Made by a program: the position numbers and the translations under genes. From Minisyncoccota bacterium (GTDB lineage: Bacteria > Patescibacteriota > Minisyncoccia > Phycocordibacterales > Phycocordibacteraceae), in NCBI GenBank assembly GCA_035531495.1, contig DATKSU010000005.1, positions 41,984 to 105,983 on the forward strand: a stretch of 64,000 nucleotides of DNA, in the 5' to 3' direction. Shown here piece after piece: positions 47,255 through 58,465 of the stretch (positions are counted from its first letter, which is position 1; the number at the start of each line of letters is the position of its first letter). The notes below the pieces were generated by a model that saw nothing but the letters and a program-made list of their open reading frames with translations, was not told where the DNA came from and ran no database searches.

Positions 47255-48325
47255 TCACGCTTCGTCGAGCTTGCGGAGCGCGATGCCGACCGCGACCGCG
47301 AACTCCGGGCCTATCTCTTTCAGGACCGGCCGCATGAATGCCGGCGCTTCGGTCTTCGCGAACGGATCCGCGACGCGCACGTCGATGGAGAATACTGTCT
47401 TCGCGTATGACTCGAGGTCCCGTGTCACGCCGCCACCGCCGGTGAGAATGATGGCGCTGATCGCCTTGTGGTGCGTCGTCTCGTACTGGATGAGGACGCG
47501 CCGCACTTCCGCGAGGATGCGCGAGAACGTGAGTTCCGGCGACTCGAGCCCCGAATCGTCGCGGAGCCCCGCCTCTTTCTTCAACTGTTCGGCGCGCGCG
47601 AACGGGATTTCCTGCGCAGCGGCGATCGCCCGCGTGATGTCCTGGCTGCCGACGCTGATAGCGTGCGAGAACGCGACGATACCGCTCTCGACGACGTAGG
47701 TCTTCGTCGACGCAGCGCCAACGTCGACGACCATGACGGGCTTCACGAGCTCGTCGACGACGGCGCGGATGGTGCTGAAGATCTCGATCTCGTAGAAGCT
47801 CGCGGCAAGCTTCGCGCCCGAGACGACCCGCTGCAGGAAACGCAGCTCGTCGTTATGCACAGCAACGAGCAGCACGTCGACCTTGTCGTGCACGGCGCCA
47901 TGCGCCGGATCGCGCGACGGCACGATGAACCAGTCGAGCTGCACCTCGCTCACGGGTACCGGGATGTATTTGCGCGCTTCAAGCTCGATGACCGTCTTCT
48001 GCTCGGCGACGTTCTTGCGATACGGCAGTTCAACGAGCGTGAGCAGGGAGCGCGCGAAAGGGATGGAGACGCCGCAGTTCTCCGTCGTCACCTTCGCCTC
48101 CCGGAGGAGGTCTCTCAAGGTCTCGATGACCTGCTCGGCGGAGAGGTTCGTCGCCTGGCCGACTTCGACGCCGCCGTACGGGCCGAGCGCGAGCTCGCCG
48201 TACGTCTCGAGCACCGCCTGGCTGTGCTCTTTGCGCAGCTGCACGACTTTCAAGGACGAAGAGCCGATATCGACGCCGAGGACGCTCTTCCCTTTGCTTC
48301 CGAAAAGACCGCCGAGGAACGACAT
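47255..48325 (-). CDS. pilM: type IV pilus assembly ATPase-like protein PilM (actin/FtsA fold)
   Basis: GVDIGSSSLKVV phosphate-1 motif. Start moved to MSFLGG; the track ORF adds 43 non-coding-like residues. Confidence 0.85.
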   Translation of the reverse strand: MSFLGGLFGSKGKSVLGVDIGSSSLKVVQLRKEHSQAVLETYGELALGPYGGVEVGQATNLSAEQVIETLRDLLREAKVTTENCGVSIPFARSLLTLVELPYRKNVAEQKTVIELEARKYIPVPVSEVQLDWFIVPSRDPAHGAVHDKVDVLLVAVHNDELRFLQRVVSGAKLAASFYEIEIFSTIRAVVDELVKPVMVVDVGAASTKTYVVESGIVAFSHAISVGSQDITRAIAAAQEIPFARAEQLKKEAGLRDDSGLESPELTFSRILAEVRRVLIQYETTHHKAISAIILTGGGGVTRDLESYAKTVFSIDVRVADPFAKTEAPAFMRPVLKEIGPEFAVAVGIALRKLDEA

Positions 48326-48341
48326 GTAGGATAATACTATC

Positions 48342-48947
48342 ATGCTGTACTGGCTCGATGCGCTCTTCCCTCCCCGTGCAGACGAGCGCGCGCTGCGCGG
48401 CGTCTCGGCAGCTGCGTTCGCCGCGCTCTCGGACGCCCGGCGCACGGACTGCACGCGCCCCGCGACGATCGCGCTCCTGCCCTTCTCCGATGCGCGCGTG
48501 CGCGCTGCCGTGCACGAGGCGAAATATCACGGAAGCGAGAAGGCGTTCGCGCTCCTCGCCGCGGCGCTCGCGCGTTTCCTGCGCGACGAAACGATGCCGG
48601 GGCCGCGCATCCTCGTCCCAGTGCCGCTCGGCACGTCGCGGCGGCGGGAGCGCGGCTACAATCAAGTCGAAGAAGTCGCGCGGCGGGTAGGGGCGGAGCT
48701 CGGCATCGCGGTCGATGCCGAGCTCCTCGCGCGCACGCGCGAGACCGCCTCGCAGACCGCGCTTGGCCGCCGCGAGCGCGAAGAGAACATGCGCGGCGCC
48801 TTCGGCGCCGCGCATCCCGCGTCCCCGTCGATGACGTATATCCTTCTCGACGACGTCCTCACGACGGGCGCGACCCTACAGGCGGCCATCGACGCGCTCG
48901 CGAATGCGGGCGTGGCGCGCATCCTCCCGGTCGCGCTCGCACATTAA
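48342..48947 (+). CDS. comF: ComF-family phosphoribosyltransferase-domain protein (no N-terminal zinc finger)
   Basis: ILLDDVLTTGATL PRPP-binding motif. 201 aa. Confidence 0.8.
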   Translation: MLYWLDALFPPRADERALRGVSAAAFAALSDARRTDCTRPATIALLPFSDARVRAAVHEAKYHGSEKAFALLAAALARFLRDETMPGPRILVPVPLGTSRRRERGYNQVEEVARRVGAELGIAVDAELLARTRETASQTALGRREREENMRGAFGAAHPASPSMTYILLDDVLTTGATLQAAIDALANAGVARILPVALAH

Positions 48948-48968
48948 ATTTGATAAGGTGCTCCCAAC

Positions 48969-49059
48969 GGAGAGGTGGCTGAGTGGCTGAAAGCGGCGGA
49001 TTGCTAATCCGCTATACGGGGTAATAGCCGTATCGAGGGTTCGAATCCCTCCCTCTCCG
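48969..49059 (+). tRNA. tRNA-Ser (GCT)
   Basis: GGAGAGGTGGCTGAGTGGCTGAAAGCGGCGGATTGCTAATCCGC...long variable arm...GAGGGTTCGAATCCCTCCCTCTCCG. Anticodon loop is TTGCTAA. Confidence 0.9.
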
Positions 49060-49096
49060 CAAAACAACGAGCGAGACGCGCAGCGTTCCGCGGCTA

Positions 49097-49124
49097 TGTT
49101 TTGCGAGATGAGGGAGGGATTCGA
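49097..49124. repeat. inverted copy of the tRNA-Ser 3' end (gttttgcgagatgagggagggattcgaa)
   Basis: Reverse complement of 49041-49066 with 2-3 mismatches, 37 nt downstream of the tRNA. Confidence 0.5.
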
Positions 49125-49276
49125 AGGCGAGCACTGGGGCCCCGCGAGCACGCGGGTATGCGCGAGCGTGGCTAGGCAGAGCAAGGCGCGACGGCGCCGC
49201 GCGGGCGCTTAGCCGATTCGCGCCTGCCGGTCTTCGGCACGACGCATATCTCCTTCGTGCGGTAGACTACACGCCG

Positions 49277-50038
49277 ATGACTCCGCCTGAGGAATCCTGG
49301 CGCGTAACGCACCGTACGCTCGCATCGATCGCGTTCGAAGGCGACGTCGCGCACATACGCGACATCCGCGACTTCCGTTATCCGTCGGGTATCGAGGACA
49401 AGCCCGAGGAGCGGTATCTCAACCGCGATATTCCGCTTGCGGAGATCGAGAGCGCATGGCTCTCCGTCATTCCCTTCCGCCCGCACTTCGCGCACCTCGT
49501 CACGAGCTTCGGCATGCGTGACGGCGCGCACCTCGCCATCTCCGTCGAGATACGCTACCGCGATGGCGAGCCGTATGCGCTCTGGAAGACGCTCTATCCG
49601 CACTACTGGCTCTCGTACGTCATCGCGACCGAGGACGATGTCTTCCGGCTCCGCACCGACGTGCGTGCAGGCGAATCGATCTACCTGTACCGACTCGCCT
49701 TTTCACCAGCGCAGGCGCAACACCTCTTCGCCGACATGCTCCTGCGCGCTGACCACGTGAACCAGCACTCGTTCGAGCGTTTCAACTCAGCAATGAATAG
49801 CTGCTCCTCGAACGTGCTCCGCCACCTCGCACGAGCGGCGGGACGTCCGCTGCCCGTGCATCAGTCGCATTTTTTCACCGAGCACCTTGACCACCACCTC
49901 GCACGGGAAGGGTTCCTTGCCGCTCCGGCACTGCTTACGGAGAAGGCGCGCGCCCGCCGACTCATAAACCCTCTCGCGCGGATGATTCCACCCGACGCCG
50001 CGGACTTCTCCGCGCGCATCCGTGCGCATATCGCCTAG
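49277..50038 (+). CDS. hypothetical protein, DUF4105-like
   Basis: HLAISVEIRYRDGEPYALWKTLYPHYWLSYVIATEDDVFRLRTDVRAGESIYLYRL resembles the DUF4105 core. Tentative. Confidence 0.4.
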   Translation: MTPPEESWRVTHRTLASIAFEGDVAHIRDIRDFRYPSGIEDKPEERYLNRDIPLAEIESAWLSVIPFRPHFAHLVTSFGMRDGAHLAISVEIRYRDGEPYALWKTLYPHYWLSYVIATEDDVFRLRTDVRAGESIYLYRLAFSPAQAQHLFADMLLRADHVNQHSFERFNSAMNSCSSNVLRHLARAAGRPLPVHQSHFFTEHLDHHLAREGFLAAPALLTEKARARRLINPLARMIPPDAADFSARIRAHIA

Positions 50039-50208
50039 AGCGCGCCCGTAGCCTTCGCGAGCTTGAAGCCGGCCCAGATGCCGCCGATGCCGCCGATGCC
50101 GCTCCAAATCACGTAAGAGAAGATGCCGCCGTTCCAGAAATACGGCAGGAAGCTGCCGATCGTGGAGCCGATAGCGAGCCCGCCCCAGATGAGTGTCTTG
50201 CTGCTCAT
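50035..50208 (-). CDS. 57-aa glycine-zipper small membrane protein, hypothetical
   Basis: MSSKTLIWGGLAIGSTIGSFLPYFWNGGIFSYVIWSGIGGIGGIWAGFKLAKATGAL. Not in the ORF track (short). Confidence 0.35.
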   Translation of the reverse strand: MSSKTLIWGGLAIGSTIGSFLPYFWNGGIFSYVIWSGIGGIGGIWAGFKLAKATGAL

Positions 50209-50281
50209 AGTCGCTCGTCAGTCAGATATCAGTTATCAGTCTACCATCGTCGAGCTTCAGGACGCGTGCGGCGTAGTGCGC

Positions 50282-50306
50282 AAAAACCGCGGCACGCCGC
50301 GGTTTT
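50282..50306. terminator. rho-independent terminator downstream of groEL (bidirectional hairpin)
   Basis: aaaaccgcgg-cacg-ccgcggtttt. The reverse strand reads ccgcgg..ccgcgg followed by TTTTT. Confidence 0.6.
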
Positions 50307-50330
50307 GCGCGCACGCTCAACCCCGGTGCC

Positions 50331-52284
<1,954 letters not shown>

Positions 52285-52417
52285 ATGTTCGCTGCTTACA
52301 GCTTATATATTATATAAAACGGATAAAGCGCCCTGCGGCGTGCAGTATACGGAACCGGCGGGCGTAGGGCAAGTTCTTGCACGGCACCGCGGGTCCGTGG
52401 TATGCTCGCCGACACAG

Positions 52418-52657
52418 ATGGAGGCACTCGTATCGGCACTGCCGTACGCGGAAATCATCCTCTCAATCCTCCTCATCGTCGGTATCGTGCTCCAGCAGCG
52501 CGGCGCGACGTTAGGCGGAGCCTTCGGAGGCGATAATTTCGCGTCGACATTCTACAAGCGCAGAGGCGCCGAGAAATTCCTATTCAACGCGACAATCGTC
52601 ATCGCCATTCTCCTCGTGCTCGCGGCGATAACGAACTTCCTTCTGTCAGGCGCATGA
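52418..52657 (+). CDS. secG: preprotein translocase subunit SecG
   Basis: 79 aa with a TM helix and LQQRGATLGGAFGG...KRRGAEKFL motifs. The track ORF starts upstream in an Arg-rich region. Confidence 0.7.
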   Translation: MEALVSALPYAEIILSILLIVGIVLQQRGATLGGAFGGDNFASTFYKRRGAEKFLFNATIVIAILLVLAAITNFLLSGA

Positions 52658-54387
52658 CGGATGGTGCGCAGGGCGGGTTTGCGCGTGCGTGGCAGCAGCT
52701 CACGCGCTCCCGCGCCGTCGCCTGGCTCGACCGCGTGACCGCGCACGTCCGCTCCCTCTCGGCGAGCGACCGAGTCATCTTCTACGTGCTCGCGCTCATC
52801 GTCGGCGTCGCGTCCGTCGCGAGCGCCTATGCGCTCGAGCAGTCGCTCCTCGTCGAAGTGCCGGCGTACGGCGGCACGCTCGTCGAAGGCGAGGTTGGCA
52901 GCCCCCGCTTCATCAACCCGCTCCTCGCCATCAGCGACGCCGACCGCGACCTCGCGACGCTTACGTACGCCGGGCTCATGGGGCTCGCGGGCAACGGCAC
53001 GCTCGTCCCGGTCCTCGCTGAGAGCTATACCGTTTCGCCGGACGGCAAGACGTATACGTTCACGCTGCGCTCCGACGCGAAGTTCTCGGACGGGACGCCG
53101 GTGACGGCGAACGACGTGGTCTTCACGGTGCAGAAAGCGCAGGATACCGCGCTCAAGAGCCCGGAGTACGCGAATTGGTCAGGCGTCACCGTCCAGGCCC
53201 TCGACACGCGTACCGTGCAGTTCACGCTTGCGAAGCCGTACGCACCCTTCCTCTGGCTCACGACGCTCGGCATCCTGCCCGCGCACCTCTGGCAGAGCAT
53301 CTCGGACGAGCAGTTCCCGTTCTCGAATCTCGAGACGAACCCCGTCGGCGCGGGGCCGTTCAAGATCGCGAGTGTATCGCGCGGCGCGTCCGGCCTCATC
53401 CAGAGCGTGTCGCTCGTCGCGAATCCCTCCTACGCGCTCGGCCGCCCGTACCTCGACGGCATCACGTTCGATTTCTACGCGCGCACGGAGGATCTCGCGC
53501 AAGCGCTCGCGAGCGGCGCCGTGGCGAGCGCGTACGACGTCCCGGCCGCGGGCGCGCGCACGGCGCCGTACTCCCGCATCTTCGGCGTCTTCTGGAATCC
53601 GAACGAGAGCCAGGTTTACGCCCATGAGGAAGTGCGCAAGGCGCTCTCAATCGCCATCGACCGCAGCGCCATCGTGCAGTCGGTGCTCGGCGGCTACGCG
53701 ACGCCCATCATGGGCCCCGTGCCGCCGGGCAGCGGCGTGAAGCAGGCGCCAATCCCCGCCGCGGGCGACCCGACCGCAGCGGCGGCTCAGGTGCTCGAAG
53801 CGGCCGGTTGGACGTACGACGGCTCGGCGCGCGAATGGAAGAATACGGTGGAGAAAGCGACGCTCTCGAGCGTCACCATCCGCACATCGAACGTCCCGGA
53901 GCTGCGCAGCGTCGCGAGCGCCGTGAAGAGGAACTGGGAGGCGCTCGGCATCTCGGTCGACATCGAGCTCTACGAGCCCGGCGACCTCTCGCAGAACGTC
54001 ATCCGCCCCAGGAAGTACGAGGCGCTGCTCTACGGCATGGTCATCGGCCGCGATCAGGACCTCTACGCCTTCTGGGATTCGCAGGAACGCAACGATCCGG
54101 GATTGAATATTGCGCTCTACGCGAACAAGACGGTAGACGGGCTCCTCGAGGACGCGCGCACGAACCCGGATCCGCAGGCGCGGGCGAAGGACCTGCAAGG
54201 GATCGAGGGCACGGTGGCGTCCGAGTATCCCGCGGCCTTCATCTACGCGCCGGACTTCATCTACGCCGTGCCGAGCTCCCTGCGAGGCGTCGCACTGCCG
54301 CAGATTGTGACGCCGTCCGACCGCTTCGCGAGCGTCACGAAGTGGTACATGGTGACCGACAAGGTCTGGCCGTTCTTCGCGCGATGA
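52654..54387 (+). CDS. ABC transporter substrate-binding protein, family 5 (peptide/nickel type), membrane-anchored
   Basis: 577 aa with an N-terminal anchor helix and an SBP_bac_5-like fold. No permease or ATPase genes are adjacent. Confidence 0.8.
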   Translation: MTDGAQGGFARAWQQLTRSRAVAWLDRVTAHVRSLSASDRVIFYVLALIVGVASVASAYALEQSLLVEVPAYGGTLVEGEVGSPRFINPLLAISDADRDLATLTYAGLMGLAGNGTLVPVLAESYTVSPDGKTYTFTLRSDAKFSDGTPVTANDVVFTVQKAQDTALKSPEYANWSGVTVQALDTRTVQFTLAKPYAPFLWLTTLGILPAHLWQSISDEQFPFSNLETNPVGAGPFKIASVSRGASGLIQSVSLVANPSYALGRPYLDGITFDFYARTEDLAQALASGAVASAYDVPAAGARTAPYSRIFGVFWNPNESQVYAHEEVRKALSIAIDRSAIVQSVLGGYATPIMGPVPPGSGVKQAPIPAAGDPTAAAAQVLEAAGWTYDGSAREWKNTVEKATLSSVTIRTSNVPELRSVASAVKRNWEALGISVDIELYEPGDLSQNVIRPRKYEALLYGMVIGRDQDLYAFWDSQERNDPGLNIALYANKTVDGLLEDARTNPDPQARAKDLQGIEGTVASEYPAAFIYAPDFIYAVPSSLRGVALPQIVTPSDRFASVTKWYMVTDKVWPFFAR

Positions 54388-54464
54388 CGGGAGCATTTTC
54401 GTACGGGTTTCATCAGTATCTTTCGTAAGCCCGAATACACAAAAATTAATTAACTGACATCAGT

Positions 54465-56381
54465 ATGAATCAAGCACCAGCACCAGCCCCCGCACCCGGA
54501 CGCTCGCATCCGCCTGAGCGGTCCCGGCCGTTCCCGCCGCGCGACGGGGAGAAGCGCTTCGCCCGCGGTCCGCGCGCGCAGCGCGGCGGACGCACCGGAC
54601 GCCCGGGCGGCGTCTCACGCCGCATCCAGCGCATGCTCCGCCGTCCGACGGCCATGCCGCGCTCGGCGCCGAAGGGCGCGGACTATTACCCGGAGCGCCC
54701 GGCGGCGAACGTCGTGCGCGTCATACCGCTCGGCGGCGCCGAAGAGGTCGGCCGCAACATGCTCGCGCTCGACGTGGGCGCGACCGGCGACATCCTCGTC
54801 TTCGACGCGGGCTTCCAGTTCGTCTCCGAAGACAGCGGCCCGGGCGTCGACTACCTCCTGCCGAACACGAAATACCTCGAGAAGAACCAGGCCCGCGTCG
54901 CAGGCGTCATCATCACGCACGGCCACCTCGACCACATCGGCGGCATCCCGTTCGTCCTTCCCCGCTTCGGCACGCCGACGATCTACACCCAGGAACTCAC
55001 GGGCATCATGATCAAGAAGCGTCAAGAGGAATACCCGGACGTCCCGAAGCCGGAGATTGTCACCGTCAAGGCCGGCGAGTCGATGACGATCGGCAAGACA
55101 CGAGTGCGGTTCTTCCCCGTCACGCATTCCATACCTGACTCGATGGGCGTGTCGATCGAGACGTCGCACGGCAACGTCGTCATTTCGGGCGACCTGAAGC
55201 TCGACCACGACGACGGCATCCCGTCCGAGCGCGAGGTCAAGACGTGGGGCGAGCTCGGCAAGGACAAGAACATCCTCTTCATCGCCGACTCGACGAACGC
55301 CGAGAAGGACGGCTTCTCCATCTCGGAGAAGCGCGTGAATCAGACCTTGGAGGACATCGTGAAGACGGTGTCGGGCCGCCTCATCATCGGCACGTTCGCG
55401 TCGCAATTCGAGCGCATGATCCGCATCATCCAGAGCGCGGAGAAGCTCGGAAAGAAGGTGGTAACCGAGGGCCGCTCAATCCGCAACAATCTTGAGATCG
55501 CCGAGAAGACTGGCCTCCTCAAGGTGGAGAAAGGCACGATCATCCCCGCGCAGGACATCGGCAGCTATCCGCCGGACAAGATTGTCATCCTTTCTACCGG
55601 CGCGCAGGGCGAGGAGTTCGCCGCACTGATGCGCATCGCGACCGGCCAGCACAAGAACATCACGCTCAACGAGCGCGACACCATCGTGCTATCGTCGTCG
55701 GTCATCCCGGGCAATGAGATCAACGTGCAACGGTTGAAAGACAACCTCTACCGCCATGGCGTGACGCTCATCCACTACCGCTCCTCCGACGTCCACTCGA
55801 CGGGCCACGGCAACACGGGCGAGCTCGTCTGGATGAACAAGCAAGTGAACGCGAAGTTCTTCATGCCGTACTACGGCTACCGCTCGATGACGACCTGCCA
55901 CGCCAAAGCGGTCGAGCAGGCAGGACGCCCGAAGGACACCGTCATCATTCCGGACAACGGCCTCGTCATCGATATCGAGGACGGCGAGCGCCTCTCCATC
56001 CACAAGCAGAAGGTCCCCTCCGCGCCGCTCGTCGTCGACGGCTTCACCATCGGCGACATGCAGGAGGTCGTCATCCGCGATCGCCAGTCGCTCGCCAAAG
56101 ACGGCATGTTCGTCATCATCGCGAGCATCAACATGAAGACCGGGAAGCTCCGGAAGTCGCCCGACATCATCAGTCGCGGCTTCATCTACCTGCGCGAGTC
56201 GCAGGACCTCCTGAACCAGGCGCGGCTCCTCATCAAAAAGACCATCGAGGATTCGACGCATGGCATGAACCCCATCGACCTTGATTACGTGAAGAACAAC
56301 CTGACCGACACCATGGCGGGCTTCCTCTTCACGCGCACGAACAAGGCGCCAATGGTCATCCCCGTCCTCATCAGCATGTAA
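54465..56381 (+). CDS. rnj: ribonuclease J (metallo-beta-lactamase/beta-CASP)
   Basis: ITHGHLDHIGG motif II and beta-CASP motifs. ~90-aa basic N-terminal extension. Confidence 0.9.
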   Translation: MNQAPAPAPAPGRSHPPERSRPFPPRDGEKRFARGPRAQRGGRTGRPGGVSRRIQRMLRRPTAMPRSAPKGADYYPERPAANVVRVIPLGGAEEVGRNMLALDVGATGDILVFDAGFQFVSEDSGPGVDYLLPNTKYLEKNQARVAGVIITHGHLDHIGGIPFVLPRFGTPTIYTQELTGIMIKKRQEEYPDVPKPEIVTVKAGESMTIGKTRVRFFPVTHSIPDSMGVSIETSHGNVVISGDLKLDHDDGIPSEREVKTWGELGKDKNILFIADSTNAEKDGFSISEKRVNQTLEDIVKTVSGRLIIGTFASQFERMIRIIQSAEKLGKKVVTEGRSIRNNLEIAEKTGLLKVEKGTIIPAQDIGSYPPDKIVILSTGAQGEEFAALMRIATGQHKNITLNERDTIVLSSSVIPGNEINVQRLKDNLYRHGVTLIHYRSSDVHSTGHGNTGELVWMNKQVNAKFFMPYYGYRSMTTCHAKAVEQAGRPKDTVIIPDNGLVIDIEDGERLSIHKQKVPSAPLVVDGFTIGDMQEVVIRDRQSLAKDGMFVIIASINMKTGKLRKSPDIISRGFIYLRESQDLLNQARLLIKKTIEDSTHGMNPIDLDYVKNNLTDTMAGFLFTRTNKAPMVIPVLISM

Positions 56382-56495
56382 ATCATCACGCCTAGTGCGG
56401 TTCGGAAGCATGCGTCGGCCTCCCCTAAGGGAGGCCGCGCTCGCTCTCGGACCGCCTCTGACGAGCCACGGTTTTCATATGCTACGCTCTCCGTA

Positions 56496-57650
56496 ATGCA
56501 TCCGCGCATCGTGCTCGCCGTCGGGAATTTCTTCTTCTCGCTCTTCGCAACGCTCACGATCTACATCCTCCTCCCTTACCTCTCGACCTTCATGCCGAGC
56601 GCGGCGACCGGCCTCGTCGTCGCGGGCGGCGCGCTCGTCGCGTGCATCGCGTTCCCGTTCCTCCCGCGCCTCGTCGCGCGCTACGGCGCGCAGCAGCTCG
56701 CCCTCGTCATCGCGCTCGCCGAGATGATCACGCTCTTCGCCCTCGCGGCCTCGCCCGGCGCCGTCGCGGCCGCCGTCCTCGTCGCGCTCACGGTCGCGCT
56801 CCAGCCCTTCCTCGCCTACGAGCTCGACCTCCTTCTCGAGGCGACCGTCGCCGAGGAAGGCACGACTGGGCGCGTGCGTACGCTCTTCCTCACCGCGTGG
56901 AACGTCGCGGCGCTCGCCGCGCCGCTCCTCATAGGCGCTCTGCTCGCTAATTCGGATGCGTACGGCCGCATCTTCCTCGCCGCTGCCGCCGCGCTCGTGC
57001 CGTTCACCGTGCTCTTCGCCGCGCGCCGGCTGCCGAAGGGCGAAGTGCCTAGGCTCTCGGCTATGGGCGATACACTCTTATGCATCGTCCAGGATCGCGA
57101 CCTCGCCGCGGTCAGCTTCGGGCATTTGCTCCTCTACCTCTTCTACGTATGGGCGCCCTTGTACGCGCCCGTCTTCCTGCACGACGTCATCGGCGTCTCT
57201 TGGGTCAACCTCGGCTGGATGTTCTCCATCATGCTCGTGCCCTTCGTGCTCATCGAGTATCCGGCCGGCTATATCGCCGACCGGTGGCTCGGCGACAAGG
57301 AGCTCATGTTCGCGGGGTACCTCCTCGCTGGCGTCGCGCTCGCATCCCTCGGCTTCCTCACACGCGGCACGCCGCTCGTCGCCATCCTCATCATCCTCGT
57401 CGTCTCGCGCGCCGGCGCGGCCTTCGTCGAAAGCATGACCGAGGGGCATTTCTTCCGGCGTGTCTCGGAGAAGGACATCAACACCGTGAGCGTCTTCCGT
57501 GGCATCTGGCCCCTCGCCGACCTCATCGCGCCCCTCGTCGGCAGCGTCATCCTCTTCGTCGGTAATTTTCATCTCCTCTTCTTCTTCACGGGCAGCTTCA
57601 TCGCGCTCGCGGGCATCGCCTCGACGCTCTTCATCAAGGACTTCCGTTAG
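56496..57650 (+). CDS. MFS transporter
   Basis: 12 predicted TM helices. 384 aa. Confidence 0.85.
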   Translation: MHPRIVLAVGNFFFSLFATLTIYILLPYLSTFMPSAATGLVVAGGALVACIAFPFLPRLVARYGAQQLALVIALAEMITLFALAASPGAVAAAVLVALTVALQPFLAYELDLLLEATVAEEGTTGRVRTLFLTAWNVAALAAPLLIGALLANSDAYGRIFLAAAAALVPFTVLFAARRLPKGEVPRLSAMGDTLLCIVQDRDLAAVSFGHLLLYLFYVWAPLYAPVFLHDVIGVSWVNLGWMFSIMLVPFVLIEYPAGYIADRWLGDKELMFAGYLLAGVALASLGFLTRGTPLVAILIILVVSRAGAAFVESMTEGHFFRRVSEKDINTVSVFRGIWPLADLIAPLVGSVILFVGNFHLLFFFTGSFIALAGIASTLFIKDFR

Positions 57651-58465
57651 CCGGCGAGCGCGGCGCGCCCGCGTGAGCGCGCGACGAGTCCCTCGGCGGC
57701 GAGCGCGGCGAGCGCGATGCGCAACTGCGGGCGACGCGCGGGACCGAGGAGACCCGTGAGATGCCGAGCAGAGGCACTTCCCTGCGCGAGTGCGCGCAGG
57801 ATAGCGCCGCGCGCCTCGCGCAGGGAACCTTTGAATGCTGGCTGCTTCGCATAGTGACGGCTCTTCGCGTTATGCGAGACGCCGAAACGCTTCAGGCGCG
57901 CGCCGTAATCCATGAGCGCGCTGTACCACGCGCGCGCCCTCCTCTTCGACAGGCATATCGCGAGCACCGCTTCTATCTCTGCATCAGAGACTGTGCGGCG
58001 CCTCGGAAAGAAATGATGGATGACGGCCGTGCGGATATTCGTCTCGAGGACGATGCCGTCTTCGTTGTAGGCGAAGGCGGCAACGGCCCGCGCCGTGTAG
58101 GGACCGACGCCCGGCAGCCGCTCGAGCGCCGCCGCATCCCGCGGCATGCCGTGCGTCGCGATCTCCTTCGCGGCAGCGTGGAGCTGCTTCGCCCGGCGGT
58201 TATAGCCGAGCCCTTGCCACGCGCGGAGCGCGTCAGCGAGCTGGACGCGCGCGAGCGCGCCCGCCGTCGGAAACCGCTTCACGAAACGCGTGTAAAACGG
58301 GATGACGCGCTCCACCTGCGTCTGCTGGAGCATCACTTCCGAGACGAGGATGCGCCACGGGTCGCGCGTCCTTCGCCACAGCAAGTCGTGCCGGCCGTGC
58401 GTGCGATATGCGGTCCAAACCGCGCGCCGGAACGCGGAGACGGCCTTAGAGTTCGTAGATGACAT
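57647..58465 (-). CDS. HhH-GPD base-excision DNA glycosylase (MutY/EndoIII-like, no Fe-S Cys cluster seen)
   Basis: VSEVMLQQTQVERV and LPGVGPYTARAV (HhH-GPD). Start moved to MSSTNSK. Confidence 0.7.
   Translation of the reverse strand: MSSTNSKAVSAFRRAVWTAYRTHGRHDLLWRRTRDPWRILVSEVMLQQTQVERVIPFYTRFVKRFPTAGALARVQLADALRAWQGLGYNRRAKQLHAAAKEIATHGMPRDAAALERLPGVGPYTARAVAAFAYNEDGIVLETNIRTAVIHHFFPRRRTVSDAEIEAVLAICLSKRRARAWYSALMDYGARLKRFGVSHNAKSRHYAKQPAFKGSLREARGAILRALAQGSASARHLTGLLGPARRPQLRIALAALAAEGLVARSRGRAALAG

Noticed and set aside
52285-52417. Search for a CIRCE (HrcA) operator upstream of groES
   Set aside because: No TTAGCACTC-N9-GAGTGCTAA-like inverted repeat is present. Only an AT-rich promoter-like stretch (ttatatattatataaaac) is shared with divergent secG.
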